Assembly: GCA_029226085.1 (NCBI GenBank)
Contig: JAQXXN010000006.1
Coordinates: 1-56,381 of the forward strand
From: Thermoflexaceae bacterium
GTDB lineage: Bacteria > Bacillota > Clostridia > Lachnospirales > Lachnospiraceae
Length of the DNA: 56,381 nucleotides
Direction: 5' to 3'
This document shows, one piece after another, positions 37,671 through 47,501 of this stretch. Positions within the stretch are counted from its first letter, which is position 1. The number at the start of each line of letters is the position of its first letter. A model generated the notes under the pieces. That model was not told the DNA's origin. It saw only the letters and a program-made list of their open reading frames with translations, and did not search any database. The position numbers were made by a program, and so were the translations under genes.

Positions 37671-38291
37671 CTAACCTTCCATATCCTTTATAAAGGTTTC
37701 GATTGCATTTGTCAAGGAATTTTCCGCCTCCAGAAGCTTTTGCGTTTCTTTCATCAGCCTGTCCTGTGCTTTTGTATGACCATATAACTTTTCTGCCTTT
37801 TTCATAACCTTCATTGCCCTTCTTTCCGGCGGAAGAGAATGCGGAATTCTTGCAAGCTCGCCTTTTGCAGCCTGCGGTCTTCCTTCTTTTTCTTTTTTCT
37901 TGATTTCATCCCATCTGCTTAAACCCTCATTCGGAGTTTTTGCTGTTTCTTCACCGCCAAACACGTGTGGATGTCTTCTCACAAGCTTTTTTGCCAGTTC
38001 ATCCACAACATCATCGAAGGTAAATTCCTCCTTCTCCTCTGCAATAGCCGAATGAAGAAGAACCTGAAGCATGACATCCCCCAATTCTTCCCTTAAATTG
38101 GGAATATCGTGGTTATTGACTGCCTCAATTACTTCAAACGCCTCTTCAATCATGCAGTTTTCCATGCTTTCATGCGTCTGTGCACGGTCCCATGGACATC
38201 CGTCCGGTGCACGCAGCTGCCATACTATCCTCTTTAAATCTTCAAAATCATATCTGTCCTTTACAAATGTTTTTCGTTTTGTCTCATCCAC
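37671..38291 (-). CDS. mazG: MazG-family nucleoside triphosphate pyrophosphohydrolase (no fused methylase domain)
   Basis: 206 aa. PWDRAQTHESM...EEAFEVIEA...EELGDVMLQVL is the MazG motif. Confidence 0.85.
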   Translation of the reverse strand: MDETKRKTFVKDRYDFEDLKRIVWQLRAPDGCPWDRAQTHESMENCMIEEAFEVIEAVNNHDIPNLREELGDVMLQVLLHSAIAEEKEEFTFDDVVDELAKKLVRRHPHVFGGEETAKTPNEGLSRWDEIKKKEKEGRPQAAKGELARIPHSLPPERRAMKVMKKAEKLYGHTKAQDRLMKETQKLLEAENSLTNAIETFIKDMEG

Positions 38292-38332
38292 TGCATTTTC
38301 CTCTTTCCAGTTTTATGTTTTTTCTTATTTTA

Positions 38333-38881
38333 TCACGATTCCATCTGTCTTCCAAGAAAACCTGCTGCCGAATCAGCTAATTTTGCCTCCGTATCACCAA
38401 GTTTGGTACGGTTCTCCTTGGTAATAATTACCACCGAACCAATGGCATCTCCCTCACAGATAATCGGACTGATTACCTGGGAATGATATTCCTCCAGTTC
38501 TCCATTTACAATCGGTATAAACTTCTTATCATCCTTAACCGCCACGATACTGGAACGATTATCAATGGCGTCCTCAAGCTGCTTGCTGATTGGCTTTGCA
38601 ATCAGATCTTTTTTAGGTGCACCGGATACCGCAATAATCTGATCCCTGTCTGTAATACACACGGTATGTCCCGTTGTCTGTGACAAAGAATCGGCATACT
38701 GTCTTGCAAAGATACCCAGTTCGCCGATTGGTGAATATTTCTTCAGAATGATTTCTCCCTCACGGTCCGTAAAGATTTCAAGCGGGTCCCCTTCCCGAAT
38801 CCGGAGGGTACGTCTTATTTCCTTAGGCACAACCACGCGCCCTAAATCGTCAATTCTACGCACAATGCCTGTTGCTTTCAT
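38333..38881 (-). CDS. spoVT: Stage V sporulation protein T (AbrB-type N-terminus + GAF-like domain)
   Basis: MKATGIVRRIDDLGRVVVPKEIRRTLRIREGDPLEIF is a SpoVT/AbrB swapped hairpin. 182 aa. Confidence 0.88.
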   Translation of the reverse strand: MKATGIVRRIDDLGRVVVPKEIRRTLRIREGDPLEIFTDREGEIILKKYSPIGELGIFARQYADSLSQTTGHTVCITDRDQIIAVSGAPKKDLIAKPISKQLEDAIDNRSSIVAVKDDKKFIPIVNGELEEYHSQVISPIICEGDAIGSVVIITKENRTKLGDTEAKLADSAAGFLGRQMES

Positions 38882-38990
38882 ACAAAAAATTCCTCCATCT
38901 ACATTTTCTACTATACGATAGTAGTATCTGTAAATGAAGGAATTTTATACCTCATTTTAAAAGTAAAAAATGCAAAAATATAGAAACCGA

Positions 38991-39941
38991 TTATACATAT
39001 CCCATGCAGCGCAGAACATACAGCCAGAATGTCAGTGTAACGGAGCAGAAGAATGTTGTGGAGACAACAATACTGGATGTAAGAATTCCCTTATGCCCCA
39101 TATTCTTAGCCATTACATAACAGCTTGCCGTAGTTGGCGCACCAAGCATGATAAGCACGGCTACCAGTTTTTCCGTTGTAAAACCAAGATAAATGGCTGC
39201 AGGAAGAAATACTGCTGGCAGAATGACCAGCTTTATAAGTGTTGCCACAATCGTTGGTTTTATTTCCTTTAATGCCTTACGTCCCTCAAATCCTGCTCCC
39301 AGTCCAAAGAGTGCAAGCGGTGATGCCAGCACGGCAAAATTATTCACTGTTTTGCTGACAATCACAGGCATCCTGATTCTAAGGAGTGATACCAATAGTC
39401 CCAGAAGTATGCCCAGAATAATCGGATTCGTAAGAACTCCCAGAATGGATTTCTTAATGGCTTCTTTGGCATCAGTACCTTTTTCTTCTGAGGTAAACGT
39501 AAGAATAATAACTGCTGCCACATTATAAAGAGGTACCGTCCCGATAATCATTAACGGTGCCATGCCTGATGTTCCGTAAATATTTTGTATAAAAGCAATT
39601 CCAAGAACTGCCGCACTGCTCCGGTAAGATGCCTGAATCATTTCTCCCGTCTGGAATTTATCCTTATAGAAAAACTTGCATCCCATTCCTATGACCACAA
39701 TGGAAATCAGGGTTGCAAAAAAACAAAACAACACGTATGTGGTATCCCATACCTGATAAAAATCCGATGTTGCAATATCCCTGAAAACAAGAACCGGCAG
39801 GGTGATTTTAAAATTTACCGCATTTAATACCTTGACAAAATGTTCATCTACCATTTTAATCTGCTTTGCCACATATCCCACAATCATGACCAGAAATATC
39901 GGTACGGTTGCATTCAGGCTAAATATCAGTTCCTCCATCAT
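38991..39941 (-). CDS. AEC (auxin efflux carrier) family transporter
   Basis: 316 aa with about 10 TM segments. The N-terminal LNATVPIFLVMIVGY pattern is typical of the AEC family. Confidence 0.75.
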   Translation of the reverse strand: MMEELIFSLNATVPIFLVMIVGYVAKQIKMVDEHFVKVLNAVNFKITLPVLVFRDIATSDFYQVWDTTYVLFCFFATLISIVVIGMGCKFFYKDKFQTGEMIQASYRSSAAVLGIAFIQNIYGTSGMAPLMIIGTVPLYNVAAVIILTFTSEEKGTDAKEAIKKSILGVLTNPIILGILLGLLVSLLRIRMPVIVSKTVNNFAVLASPLALFGLGAGFEGRKALKEIKPTIVATLIKLVILPAVFLPAAIYLGFTTEKLVAVLIMLGAPTTASCYVMAKNMGHKGILTSSIVVSTTFFCSVTLTFWLYVLRCMGYV

Positions 39942-41352
39942 TTTCTCCCTTCAGTTCCTTAATATATTCAAGCACATCCTCATCCACCGGCACCTGATTC
40001 CCGGTATCTTTAAATGTTTCTTCCTGTTCTTCCTGTTCTTCCTCCTCTTCCGCTTCTTCATCTTCGAGGCTGAAAACTACCTGATTTCTTCCATTACTCT
40101 TGGCATGATAGAGTTTATCATCTGCTTCTTTTATAATATTATCAACGGATGCTCCTTTTCTGCCCCTTGCCACACCAAATGACATGGTAACCGAAATACT
40201 GCTGTCATTGCACTCCACCACGCTTTTTCTGATTTCATCCAGAATGTCTTCGGTTTCCTGTGCCGCCTTTGCAACTGTATAGCCTTTAAAACCAAGCAGA
40301 AACTCTTCACCGCCCCAGCGTGCCGCAAACCCTTTTCCTTTCATTCCATTTTTTAAGATATAGGCTACCCGTTTTAACACGGCATCACCAGCATCATGTC
40401 CGTATGTATCATTTACCTTTTTAAAGAAATCAATATCTCCCAGAACAAGCGCATATTTTTCATTTTCATTCTCCAGATTCTTTTGCATCTCGCGAACAGA
40501 ATGATTGGCACTGCGCCTGTTTTCCAGCTGGGTCAGTGCATCCAGCTCAATCAGCTCTCTCAATGCTTTCTGCATGTCTGACGCCGATTCACACATATCC
40601 GTGATTTCATCATTCCGCTTCATGAGATGATAATCAAATTCCTTTTTAAGATTCCCATGTGCAATTTCTTTCATAAAGTCCTTCAATTTGGTTAAATCGT
40701 CTATCAGACCAGCAGCATACCTTACCGTTACGAACCCGGTAACAATCATTGCAATTACTGCAATGAGAAAGATTGGCCATATGGACTGGCGAATCATTTT
40801 ATTAACTTCATCCGCTGATTTTGCCACTTCAATCATGCCAACGCATTTCCCGTCTGAATTATGCAGTGGAAGATAATAAGCAAAGAATTTGTTTTCTCCG
40901 ATGACAACGCTGTCATAAAACATATTTCTTCCATTTTTCAGCACATCATTTTCAACCAGTGCGTGACAGAAGGTGCCTATCATCCTTTCTCCCTGAACTC
41001 CCTGTATGGTTGAGAGAAATCTTATGTTTCCATAAAAGATACTCACTTCCAGTCCAGTATCTTTCTTAACGGAATCGATATATTCTGACCGGTCATTTAA
41101 GATATTCTCTCCTTTTACCAGTGTCAGGACTTTTTCTCCGTACTTAACATAATCTCCCGGAAACATGATGTCCAGCATGTCATTTACCGCATATGCCATA
41201 TTGGAAAGTTCACTCTCCACTTCCCTGTACATGGCTGAAGTGAATTTTTTCATGGCAAAAAAAGTTATGACGATACCCAATATCAGAATCGGTATGACCG
41301 CCACGCCCAGCAGACTTCTTTTCAGACTCTTTTTTTGATTCATACAGCTCAT
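39919..41352 (-). CDS. Diguanylate cyclase: TM-flanked extracytoplasmic sensor (Cache-like), HAMP, GGDEF (GGEEF), acidic C-tail
   Basis: 477 aa. DIDFFKKVNDTYGHDAGD...RWGGEEFLL...LYHAKSNGRNQ. The C-terminus is EDEEAEEEEEQEEQEE. Confidence 0.85.
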   Translation of the reverse strand: MSCMNQKKSLKRSLLGVAVIPILILGIVITFFAMKKFTSAMYREVESELSNMAYAVNDMLDIMFPGDYVKYGEKVLTLVKGENILNDRSEYIDSVKKDTGLEVSIFYGNIRFLSTIQGVQGERMIGTFCHALVENDVLKNGRNMFYDSVVIGENKFFAYYLPLHNSDGKCVGMIEVAKSADEVNKMIRQSIWPIFLIAVIAMIVTGFVTVRYAAGLIDDLTKLKDFMKEIAHGNLKKEFDYHLMKRNDEITDMCESASDMQKALRELIELDALTQLENRRSANHSVREMQKNLENENEKYALVLGDIDFFKKVNDTYGHDAGDAVLKRVAYILKNGMKGKGFAARWGGEEFLLGFKGYTVAKAAQETEDILDEIRKSVVECNDSSISVTMSFGVARGRKGASVDNIIKEADDKLYHAKSNGRNQVVFSLEDEEAEEEEEQEEQEETFKDTGNQVPVDEDVLEYIKELKGENDGGTDI

Positions 41353-41373
41353 CCTTTCTCATGTATTTATCCA

Positions 41374-44300
41374 CTACCGTATCTTATCCACAAGCTCCAT
41401 CAAATCTTCCAGAAATTCCAGATCCCCTTCTGCTCCTGCGTAATTTTTTCTTGGAACATAGGTAAAAAACGGCTGGGTTTCCACAGTGAACTTAAGCATC
41501 CCATTATATTCTGCAACAATATCCGGAATTTTGGCAGCATCAATCTGAGCCCTTGGATACATACGGATTCGGACGCCTTTCTTTCCGCCCTTGATTTCCG
41601 TGACATAAGCCTCATGTGCTTTTGCCTTTAATAATGCAATGCTTAAGAGATTTCCTGCAGACCGCGGCATATCCCCAAAACGGTCCACCAGTTCATCCTC
41701 CATGTCCATTAATTCCTCACGGTTTTCAATGGATGCAATTTTCTTATATATATCCAGTTTCTGCACCTCATTACGGATGTAAGATGCCGGAATGAATGCA
41801 TCCAGTGTAAGGTCTACCGTTGTTTCATAATCCCGGACTTCCTGCTCCCCTTTCAGGGTAAGAATCGCTTCATTTAACATCTTACAGTAAAGGTCATATC
41901 CAACTGCTTCCATGTGCCCATGCTGTCTTGCTCCCAGAACATTACCTGCGCCACGGATTTCCAAATCCTTCATTGCTATCTTAAATCCCGATCCAAGCTC
42001 CGAAAACTCTTTAATCGCCTGAAGACGCTTTTCTGCGGTTTCCTTAATCATGCGGTCTCTTTTATACAGCAGGAATGCATAGGAGGTTCTGTTGGAACGC
42101 CCGATTCGTCCACGAAGCTGATAAAGCTGTGACAGGCCAAACTTATCTGCATCATGAATAATCATCGTATTCACATTCGGTATGTCAAGACCCGTTTCAA
42201 TAATGGTCGTAGAAACCAGTACATCTATTTCCCCGTTAATGAAATCATACATGACCGCTTCCAGGCTCCTCTCATCCATCTGCCCGTGTGCATAAGCCAC
42301 CCTGGCATCCGGAACAAGTGCCTGTACCTTAAGTGTCATTTCATCTATGTCCTGAACACGGTTATATACATAATATACCTGTCCGCCCCTTGACAGTTCA
42401 CGGTTAATGGCCTCCCTTACCATTTCATCATTAAATTCCGTTACAAAGGTCTGAATCGGAAGTCTGTCCTGCGGCGGTTCCTCCAATACACTCATGTCAC
42501 GTATTCCCACCAGACTCATGTGCAGTGTTCTCGGAATCGGCGTTGCCGACAGCGTAAGCACATCCACATTGTCACGCATTTTCTTGATTTTCTCCTTGTG
42601 GCTTACCCCAAACCGCTGCTCTTCATCTACAATCAAAAGTCCCAGATTCTTAAATTCCACATCTGACGAGAGAACCCTGTGTGTTCCAATGACAATATCC
42701 ACAAGTCCCTTCTTTAATCCTTCCAGCGCTCTTTTTATCTGCTTTTGCGTACGGAAACGGGAAAGCAGTTCTATCTTTACCGGAAAATCCTTCATTCTCT
42801 GCACAAATGTATCATAATGCTGTCCCGCAAGAATGGTAGTCGGACATAAGTAAACCACCTGCTTACCATCCTGAACCGCCTTAAAAGCCGCACGGATGGC
42901 AACCTCCGTCTTTCCGTAACCCACATCCCCACATATGAGACGGTCCATGATTTTGGAACTTTCCATGTCCATTTTCGTTGCTTCAATTGCGTTTAACTGA
43001 TCGTCCGTTTCCTCATAAGGAAACATCTCTTCAAATTCCTTCTGCCACTGGGTATCCGCACTGAACCGATAGCCTTCCTTCATCTGACGGACGGCATATA
43101 AATTAACCAGGTCCTTTGCAATATCCGCTACCGCACCATGTACCCTGGCTTTGGTCTTTGTCCAGTCCTGGCTTCCCAGTTTGTTAAGTTTTGGAGGTTT
43201 TGCATCTGCTCCGGCATATTTCTGGATGACATCCAGCTGGGTTGCCAGAACATAAAGATTTCCATTATTACTATATTCAATCTTAATATAATCTTTTTCA
43301 ATGCCCTCCACGGTCATTTTCTCAATTCCACGGTATATTCCCAATCCGTGGTCTTCATGCACAACATAATCCCCCGGTGTCAGGTCATTAAAACTTGCGA
43401 TTGCCTTTCCTTCATAGTTTTTCTTTTTACGCTTTTTATTTCTCTTTGGTCCAAAGATGTCACTTTCCGCAATCAGCACAAACTTGGAATCCGGGTACTC
43501 GAAACCACTCTTTACCGAACCGTAAGTAACCATTACCTGTCCGGGCATTAACTCTTTATCAAAATCATTGGAATAAAATGCATTAATCTCGTAATCCATG
43601 AAGTCGCTGCTGATTCGTTCCGCCCTTGTCCTTGAGCTGCATGCCAGAATCACTTTGTACTGATTTTTTCTGTATCGCTTAATGTCCTCCACCAGAACCT
43701 CAAACTTATTATTATAAGAACTGATGCTTTTTACATGAATCATGAATTTTTCTGTCACCGCCAGATATTTCGGGGTATATGCCAGTGCCGACAACGCCAT
43801 GCATCTTCTGGCTCCAAGCTTTGCCATGATTTCCTTCTCAGAACGGATAATGTCTGTCTGTCCCGGAAGAACATAGCCCTTCTCCAGACGGTGGCTCATA
43901 CTCTCACGAAATTCTGCCTCCACCCCATCCATTTTTTCCGAAATCCGGTCCGGTTCATCCAATACAAACAAGGCATCTCTGCTAAAATACTCTGCAAAAG
44001 ACACCACCGTATTCTGAAAATATTTCAGATACTTTTCTGCAAGATGGTTTCCTCCCTGTTCACGGATACTTTCAATGGCTTCCCTTGTAACTTTCCGGAT
44101 TCTTCCGGCTTCCTCAAACAGCTTTTTCTGCTCAAATCCTGCTGCAAATTCTTCCAGTTCTGCCTCAATCCTTAAAATACCTTCTTCTATCTGTCCTTTT
44201 TTAAGTGGTGTCTCCGTGGCTGGGTAAATCACCACTTCTTCAACTCTTTCAATGGAACGCTGGCTGGATACATCGAAAGAACGCATGGAATCCACCTCAT

Positions 44301-44886
44301 CACCCCAGAGTTCAATCCGGACCGGACATTCTGCCGTAAACGGAAAAATATCCATGATACCACCCCTTATGGCAAACTGTCCTGAAGACTCCACCTGTCC
44401 GCACCGTTCATATCCAAGTACCGTAAGTTTTTCCTTATATTCTTCCAAATCCACTACATCTGTTTCCCGGATTGTAATTACAAAGTTCTTCATGATTTCA
44501 AGCGGAATCAGATTGTCTGCCAGTGCATCTACGGTGGTAATCACCGTGATATTTTCCTTTTCCAGTATTTCACGCATGGCTTTTATTCTCTGTTCCACAA
44601 TCAGATTGCTGTGCACATCCGCATTGTAAAATATAAAATCCTTCGCCGGATAATATACTGCATCTTTATCATAAAATCGGTAATCTTCAAGAAGGCTTTT
44701 CGCTCTTGCCTCACTGTAAGTAATAATTACCGTCTGACTACTCTTTTGTGTAAGTCCCCAGACAAAATGTGCCTTGTCCGCATCCACACATCCACTGACC
44801 ATCACTGCATTTCCAGGTTCTTTTATCCCACTTAGGATTTCATTATAATCTTTTAACTGTTCTACCGGCTTAAGAAACGCCTTCAC
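41374..44886 (-). CDS. mfd: Transcription-repair coupling factor Mfd
   Basis: 1170 aa. Helicase motifs GDVGYGKTEV and DEEQRFGV, and a CarD/RID region (GDYVVHEDHGLGIY). GTG start 8 nt after GGAGGG. Confidence 0.96.
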   Translation of the reverse strand: MKAFLKPVEQLKDYNEILSGIKEPGNAVMVSGCVDADKAHFVWGLTQKSSQTVIITYSEARAKSLLEDYRFYDKDAVYYPAKDFIFYNADVHSNLIVEQRIKAMREILEKENITVITTVDALADNLIPLEIMKNFVITIRETDVVDLEEYKEKLTVLGYERCGQVESSGQFAIRGGIMDIFPFTAECPVRIELWGDEVDSMRSFDVSSQRSIERVEEVVIYPATETPLKKGQIEEGILRIEAELEEFAAGFEQKKLFEEAGRIRKVTREAIESIREQGGNHLAEKYLKYFQNTVVSFAEYFSRDALFVLDEPDRISEKMDGVEAEFRESMSHRLEKGYVLPGQTDIIRSEKEIMAKLGARRCMALSALAYTPKYLAVTEKFMIHVKSISSYNNKFEVLVEDIKRYRKNQYKVILACSSRTRAERISSDFMDYEINAFYSNDFDKELMPGQVMVTYGSVKSGFEYPDSKFVLIAESDIFGPKRNKKRKKKNYEGKAIASFNDLTPGDYVVHEDHGLGIYRGIEKMTVEGIEKDYIKIEYSNNGNLYVLATQLDVIQKYAGADAKPPKLNKLGSQDWTKTKARVHGAVADIAKDLVNLYAVRQMKEGYRFSADTQWQKEFEEMFPYEETDDQLNAIEATKMDMESSKIMDRLICGDVGYGKTEVAIRAAFKAVQDGKQVVYLCPTTILAGQHYDTFVQRMKDFPVKIELLSRFRTQKQIKRALEGLKKGLVDIVIGTHRVLSSDVEFKNLGLLIVDEEQRFGVSHKEKIKKMRDNVDVLTLSATPIPRTLHMSLVGIRDMSVLEEPPQDRLPIQTFVTEFNDEMVREAINRELSRGGQVYYVYNRVQDIDEMTLKVQALVPDARVAYAHGQMDERSLEAVMYDFINGEIDVLVSTTIIETGLDIPNVNTMIIHDADKFGLSQLYQLRGRIGRSNRTSYAFLLYKRDRMIKETAEKRLQAIKEFSELGSGFKIAMKDLEIRGAGNVLGARQHGHMEAVGYDLYCKMLNEAILTLKGEQEVRDYETTVDLTLDAFIPASYIRNEVQKLDIYKKIASIENREELMDMEDELVDRFGDMPRSAGNLLSIALLKAKAHEAYVTEIKGGKKGVRIRMYPRAQIDAAKIPDIVAEYNGMLKFTVETQPFFTYVPRKNYAGAEGDLEFLEDLMELVDKIR

Positions 44887-44952
44887 GCCAAATTCCCTCC
44901 AACGCCAATTGTCCGGGACCGCCCCGGCCCCGGATGTCTTAACTTTCTAAAT

Positions 44953-45510
44953 TTAATTAAACTGATTCATTGCTGCCTCGGTTCCGCTTTCAAGAATACA
45001 TACACACGCCTTCATTGCCCGTGTTCTTTCCTCTTCGATGACCGAAAGCTCTTCTTTTTTAAAATGTCCCAACACGTAATCTGCAAGGTCATACCCTTTC
45101 GGTTTATCCCCCACACCGCACTTAATCCTCGGAAATTCCTCACTGTTTAAATGCGCAATAATACTTTTTATTCCATTATGCCCGCCGGCACTTCCCTTTG
45201 GACGAATCCTGATTTTCCCCGGTTCCAGACTGATATCATCAAAAATCACGATAATATCCTGCGGTGTTACCTTATAGAAGTCCACAACCTCACGAATGCA
45301 CTCTCCGCTTAGATTCATGTAAGTCTGCGGCTTTACCAGCACAACCTTCTCTCCTGCGATGACACCTTTTCCACAGATTCCCTTATGCTTCTTCATATCC
45401 ATGGAAATATTATATTCATCTGCTATCCTGTCTATTACGGAAAAACCGATATTATGCCTTGTACCATCATATTTTTTTTCAGGATTGCCAAGTCCTGCAA
45501 TAATCTTCAT
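44953..45510 (-). CDS. pth: Peptidyl-tRNA hydrolase
   Basis: 185 aa. GLGNPEKKYDGTRHNIGF and GGHNGIKS motifs. Confidence 0.95.
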   Translation of the reverse strand: MKIIAGLGNPEKKYDGTRHNIGFSVIDRIADEYNISMDMKKHKGICGKGVIAGEKVVLVKPQTYMNLSGECIREVVDFYKVTPQDIIVIFDDISLEPGKIRIRPKGSAGGHNGIKSIIAHLNSEEFPRIKCGVGDKPKGYDLADYVLGHFKKEELSVIEEERTRAMKACVCILESGTEAAMNQFN

Positions 45511-45519
45511 TTTTCTTTC

Positions 45520-46467
45520 CTAACCTATTATCTTACTATATGGTGCTATCTCCGAGCCTGCATCAATCACGGCATCCCTGATGTATGAAAACGGCCCGAT
45601 GACACTGTCTGTTTTAACGACAGAACTGCCCAGAATAAATGTACCCGGATAAATAACCACATCATTTTCAATAACTGCCTGCGGCTCAATGTATGTTGTG
45701 TGCGGGTCAATGATTGTAACACCCTCGGTCATCCATCCGGTATTAATCCGAAGCTTCATGACCTCCTCGGCATGCGCCAGCTGTACCCTGGAATTAACCC
45801 CTTCTATTTCCGTGGCATCCTCCACAATCATGGCATCTACCTTAAGACCCTTATCCTTTATTATCATTAACGTATCCGGAAGATAATATTCGCCCTGTGC
45901 ATTATCATTGGTTATTAAATCCAGTGCCTCATACAGTTCCTTTGCATCAAAAACATACATTCCGGAATTGACTTCATTACAAAGCCTTTCTTCCTCAGTT
46001 GCATCCTTGTGCTCCACGCTTTTTACAAATGTACCGTCTAAAGCCCGGATAATTCTTCCATAACCTGTAGGATTATCGATACATGCCGAGAGCACGGTTA
46101 TGGCATTGCCGGAAAAACGGTGGGTTTTGACCAGACGTTCTAATGTTGCACCGGTAATTAACGGTGTGTCTCCGAAAAGAATCATGGTTTCGCCTGCTGT
46201 CCCGATAAATTCCCTGGCGCATTTTACCGCATGACCGGTTCCAAGCTGTTTATCCTGTGTCACGAAGGTCACATCCGATGTAATTTCCGACTTAACAATA
46301 TCTGCGCCATGGCCTACCACAACACAGATTTCATCGGCTCCTGCCTCTTTTGCAGCAGTAATGGCATGCTCCACCATGCACTTTCCCATTACCTTATGAA
46401 CAACCTTCGGAAGCTTGGATTTCATTCTCGTTCCCTGGCCTGCTGCCAGAATCACTGCCTTTAACAT
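45520..46467 (-). CDS. GlmU-like sugar-1-phosphate nucleotidyltransferase, truncated within the left-handed beta-helix (no acetyltransferase region)
   Basis: Start at ATG 46467 (MLKAVILAAGQGTRMKS). Uridyltransferase motifs are present (LGTGHA, YYLPD) and about 85 aa of hexapeptide repeats follow. The protein ends at about 315 aa, against about 450 aa for GlmU. Confidence 0.75.
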   Translation of the reverse strand: MLKAVILAAGQGTRMKSKLPKVVHKVMGKCMVEHAITAAKEAGADEICVVVGHGADIVKSEITSDVTFVTQDKQLGTGHAVKCAREFIGTAGETMILFGDTPLITGATLERLVKTHRFSGNAITVLSACIDNPTGYGRIIRALDGTFVKSVEHKDATEEERLCNEVNSGMYVFDAKELYEALDLITNDNAQGEYYLPDTLMIIKDKGLKVDAMIVEDATEIEGVNSRVQLAHAEEVMKLRINTGWMTEGVTIIDPHTTYIEPQAVIENDVVIYPGTFILGSSVVKTDSVIGPFSYIRDAVIDAGSEIAPYSKIIG

Positions 46468-46468
46468 C

Positions 46469-47479
46469 TTAATATCCCTCCGGATTATTCTTCTGCCATC
46501 TCCAGGAATCCTCACACATTTCCTTCAAATCACGCTCTGCCACCCAGCCAAGCTCTTTCTTTGCCAGAGATGCATCTGCATAACAGGTTGCAATGTCACC
46601 CGGGCGTCTGTCCTTGATGACATAAGGAATCTTAACACCGGAAGCTTCCTCAAAATTCTTTACTATATCCAGTACACTGTATCCTTTTCCGGTTCCCAGA
46701 TTATAAATCTTAAGACCCGGATTTTCCTTAATCTTCTCAATCGCCTTAACATGGCCCAGTGCAAGGTCAACAACATGAATATAATCTCTTACTCCGGTTC
46801 CGTCCGGTGTATCATAATCATTACCGAAGACACCCAGCTCTTTTAATTTACCCACTGCAACCTGGGTAATATATGGCATCAGATTATTCGGAATACCGTT
46901 TGGATTCTCACCGATGGTTCCGCTCTTATGTGCTCCAATAGGATTAAAATATCTAAGTAAGATAACATTCCATTCCTTATCCGCATATTGCAAATCCGTT
47001 AAAATCTGCTCCAGCATGGACTTCGTCCAGCCGTACGGATTGGTACACTGTCCCTTCGGACAATCTTCCGTAATCGGAACAAAAGCCGGATTGCCATATA
47101 CCGTTGCGGATGATGAAAATACAATGTTTTTAACATTGTGCTTTCTCATGACATCCAGAAGGGTAAGTGTTCCGGAGATATTATTTGTGTAATATTCCAG
47201 AGGCTTTACCACTGATTCCCCGACAGCTTTAAGTCCGGCAAAGTGAATACAGGAATCTATGCTTTCCTTTTCAAAGACTTCATTTAACCCTTCTGCATCC
47301 TGAATATCCACCTTATAGAATTTTACCTTCTTGCCTGTAATGTTCTCAACCCTGCCGATAACCTTTTCACTGGCATTCACCAGATTATCCACCACCACAA
47401 CGTCATAGCCAGCATTTTGAAGCTCCACAACCGTATGGCTGCCAATGTAGCCGGCACCGCCTGTTACAAGAATTGCCAT
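46469..47479 (-). CDS. galE: UDP-glucose 4-epimerase
   Basis: NAD motif [11 protein letters not shown], catalytic YGWTK (YxxxK). 336 aa. Confidence 0.92.
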   Translation of the reverse strand: MAILVTGGAGYIGSHTVVELQNAGYDVVVVDNLVNASEKVIGRVENITGKKVKFYKVDIQDAEGLNEVFEKESIDSCIHFAGLKAVGESVVKPLEYYTNNISGTLTLLDVMRKHNVKNIVFSSSATVYGNPAFVPITEDCPKGQCTNPYGWTKSMLEQILTDLQYADKEWNVILLRYFNPIGAHKSGTIGENPNGIPNNLMPYITQVAVGKLKELGVFGNDYDTPDGTGVRDYIHVVDLALGHVKAIEKIKENPGLKIYNLGTGKGYSVLDIVKNFEEASGVKIPYVIKDRRPGDIATCYADASLAKKELGWVAERDLKEMCEDSWRWQKNNPEGY

Positions 47480-47501
47480 AAGAAATACCTCCTGAAATAA
47501 T

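Noticed and set aside
44912-44934. GC-rich hairpin TCCGGG-N11-CCCGGA between pth and mfd as a terminator
   Set aside because: No U-tract follows on the minus strand (…CAATTGGCG), and the mfd SD and GTG start come about 15 nt later. It is more likely an inter-cistronic stabiliser or of no function, so I did not call it as a feature.
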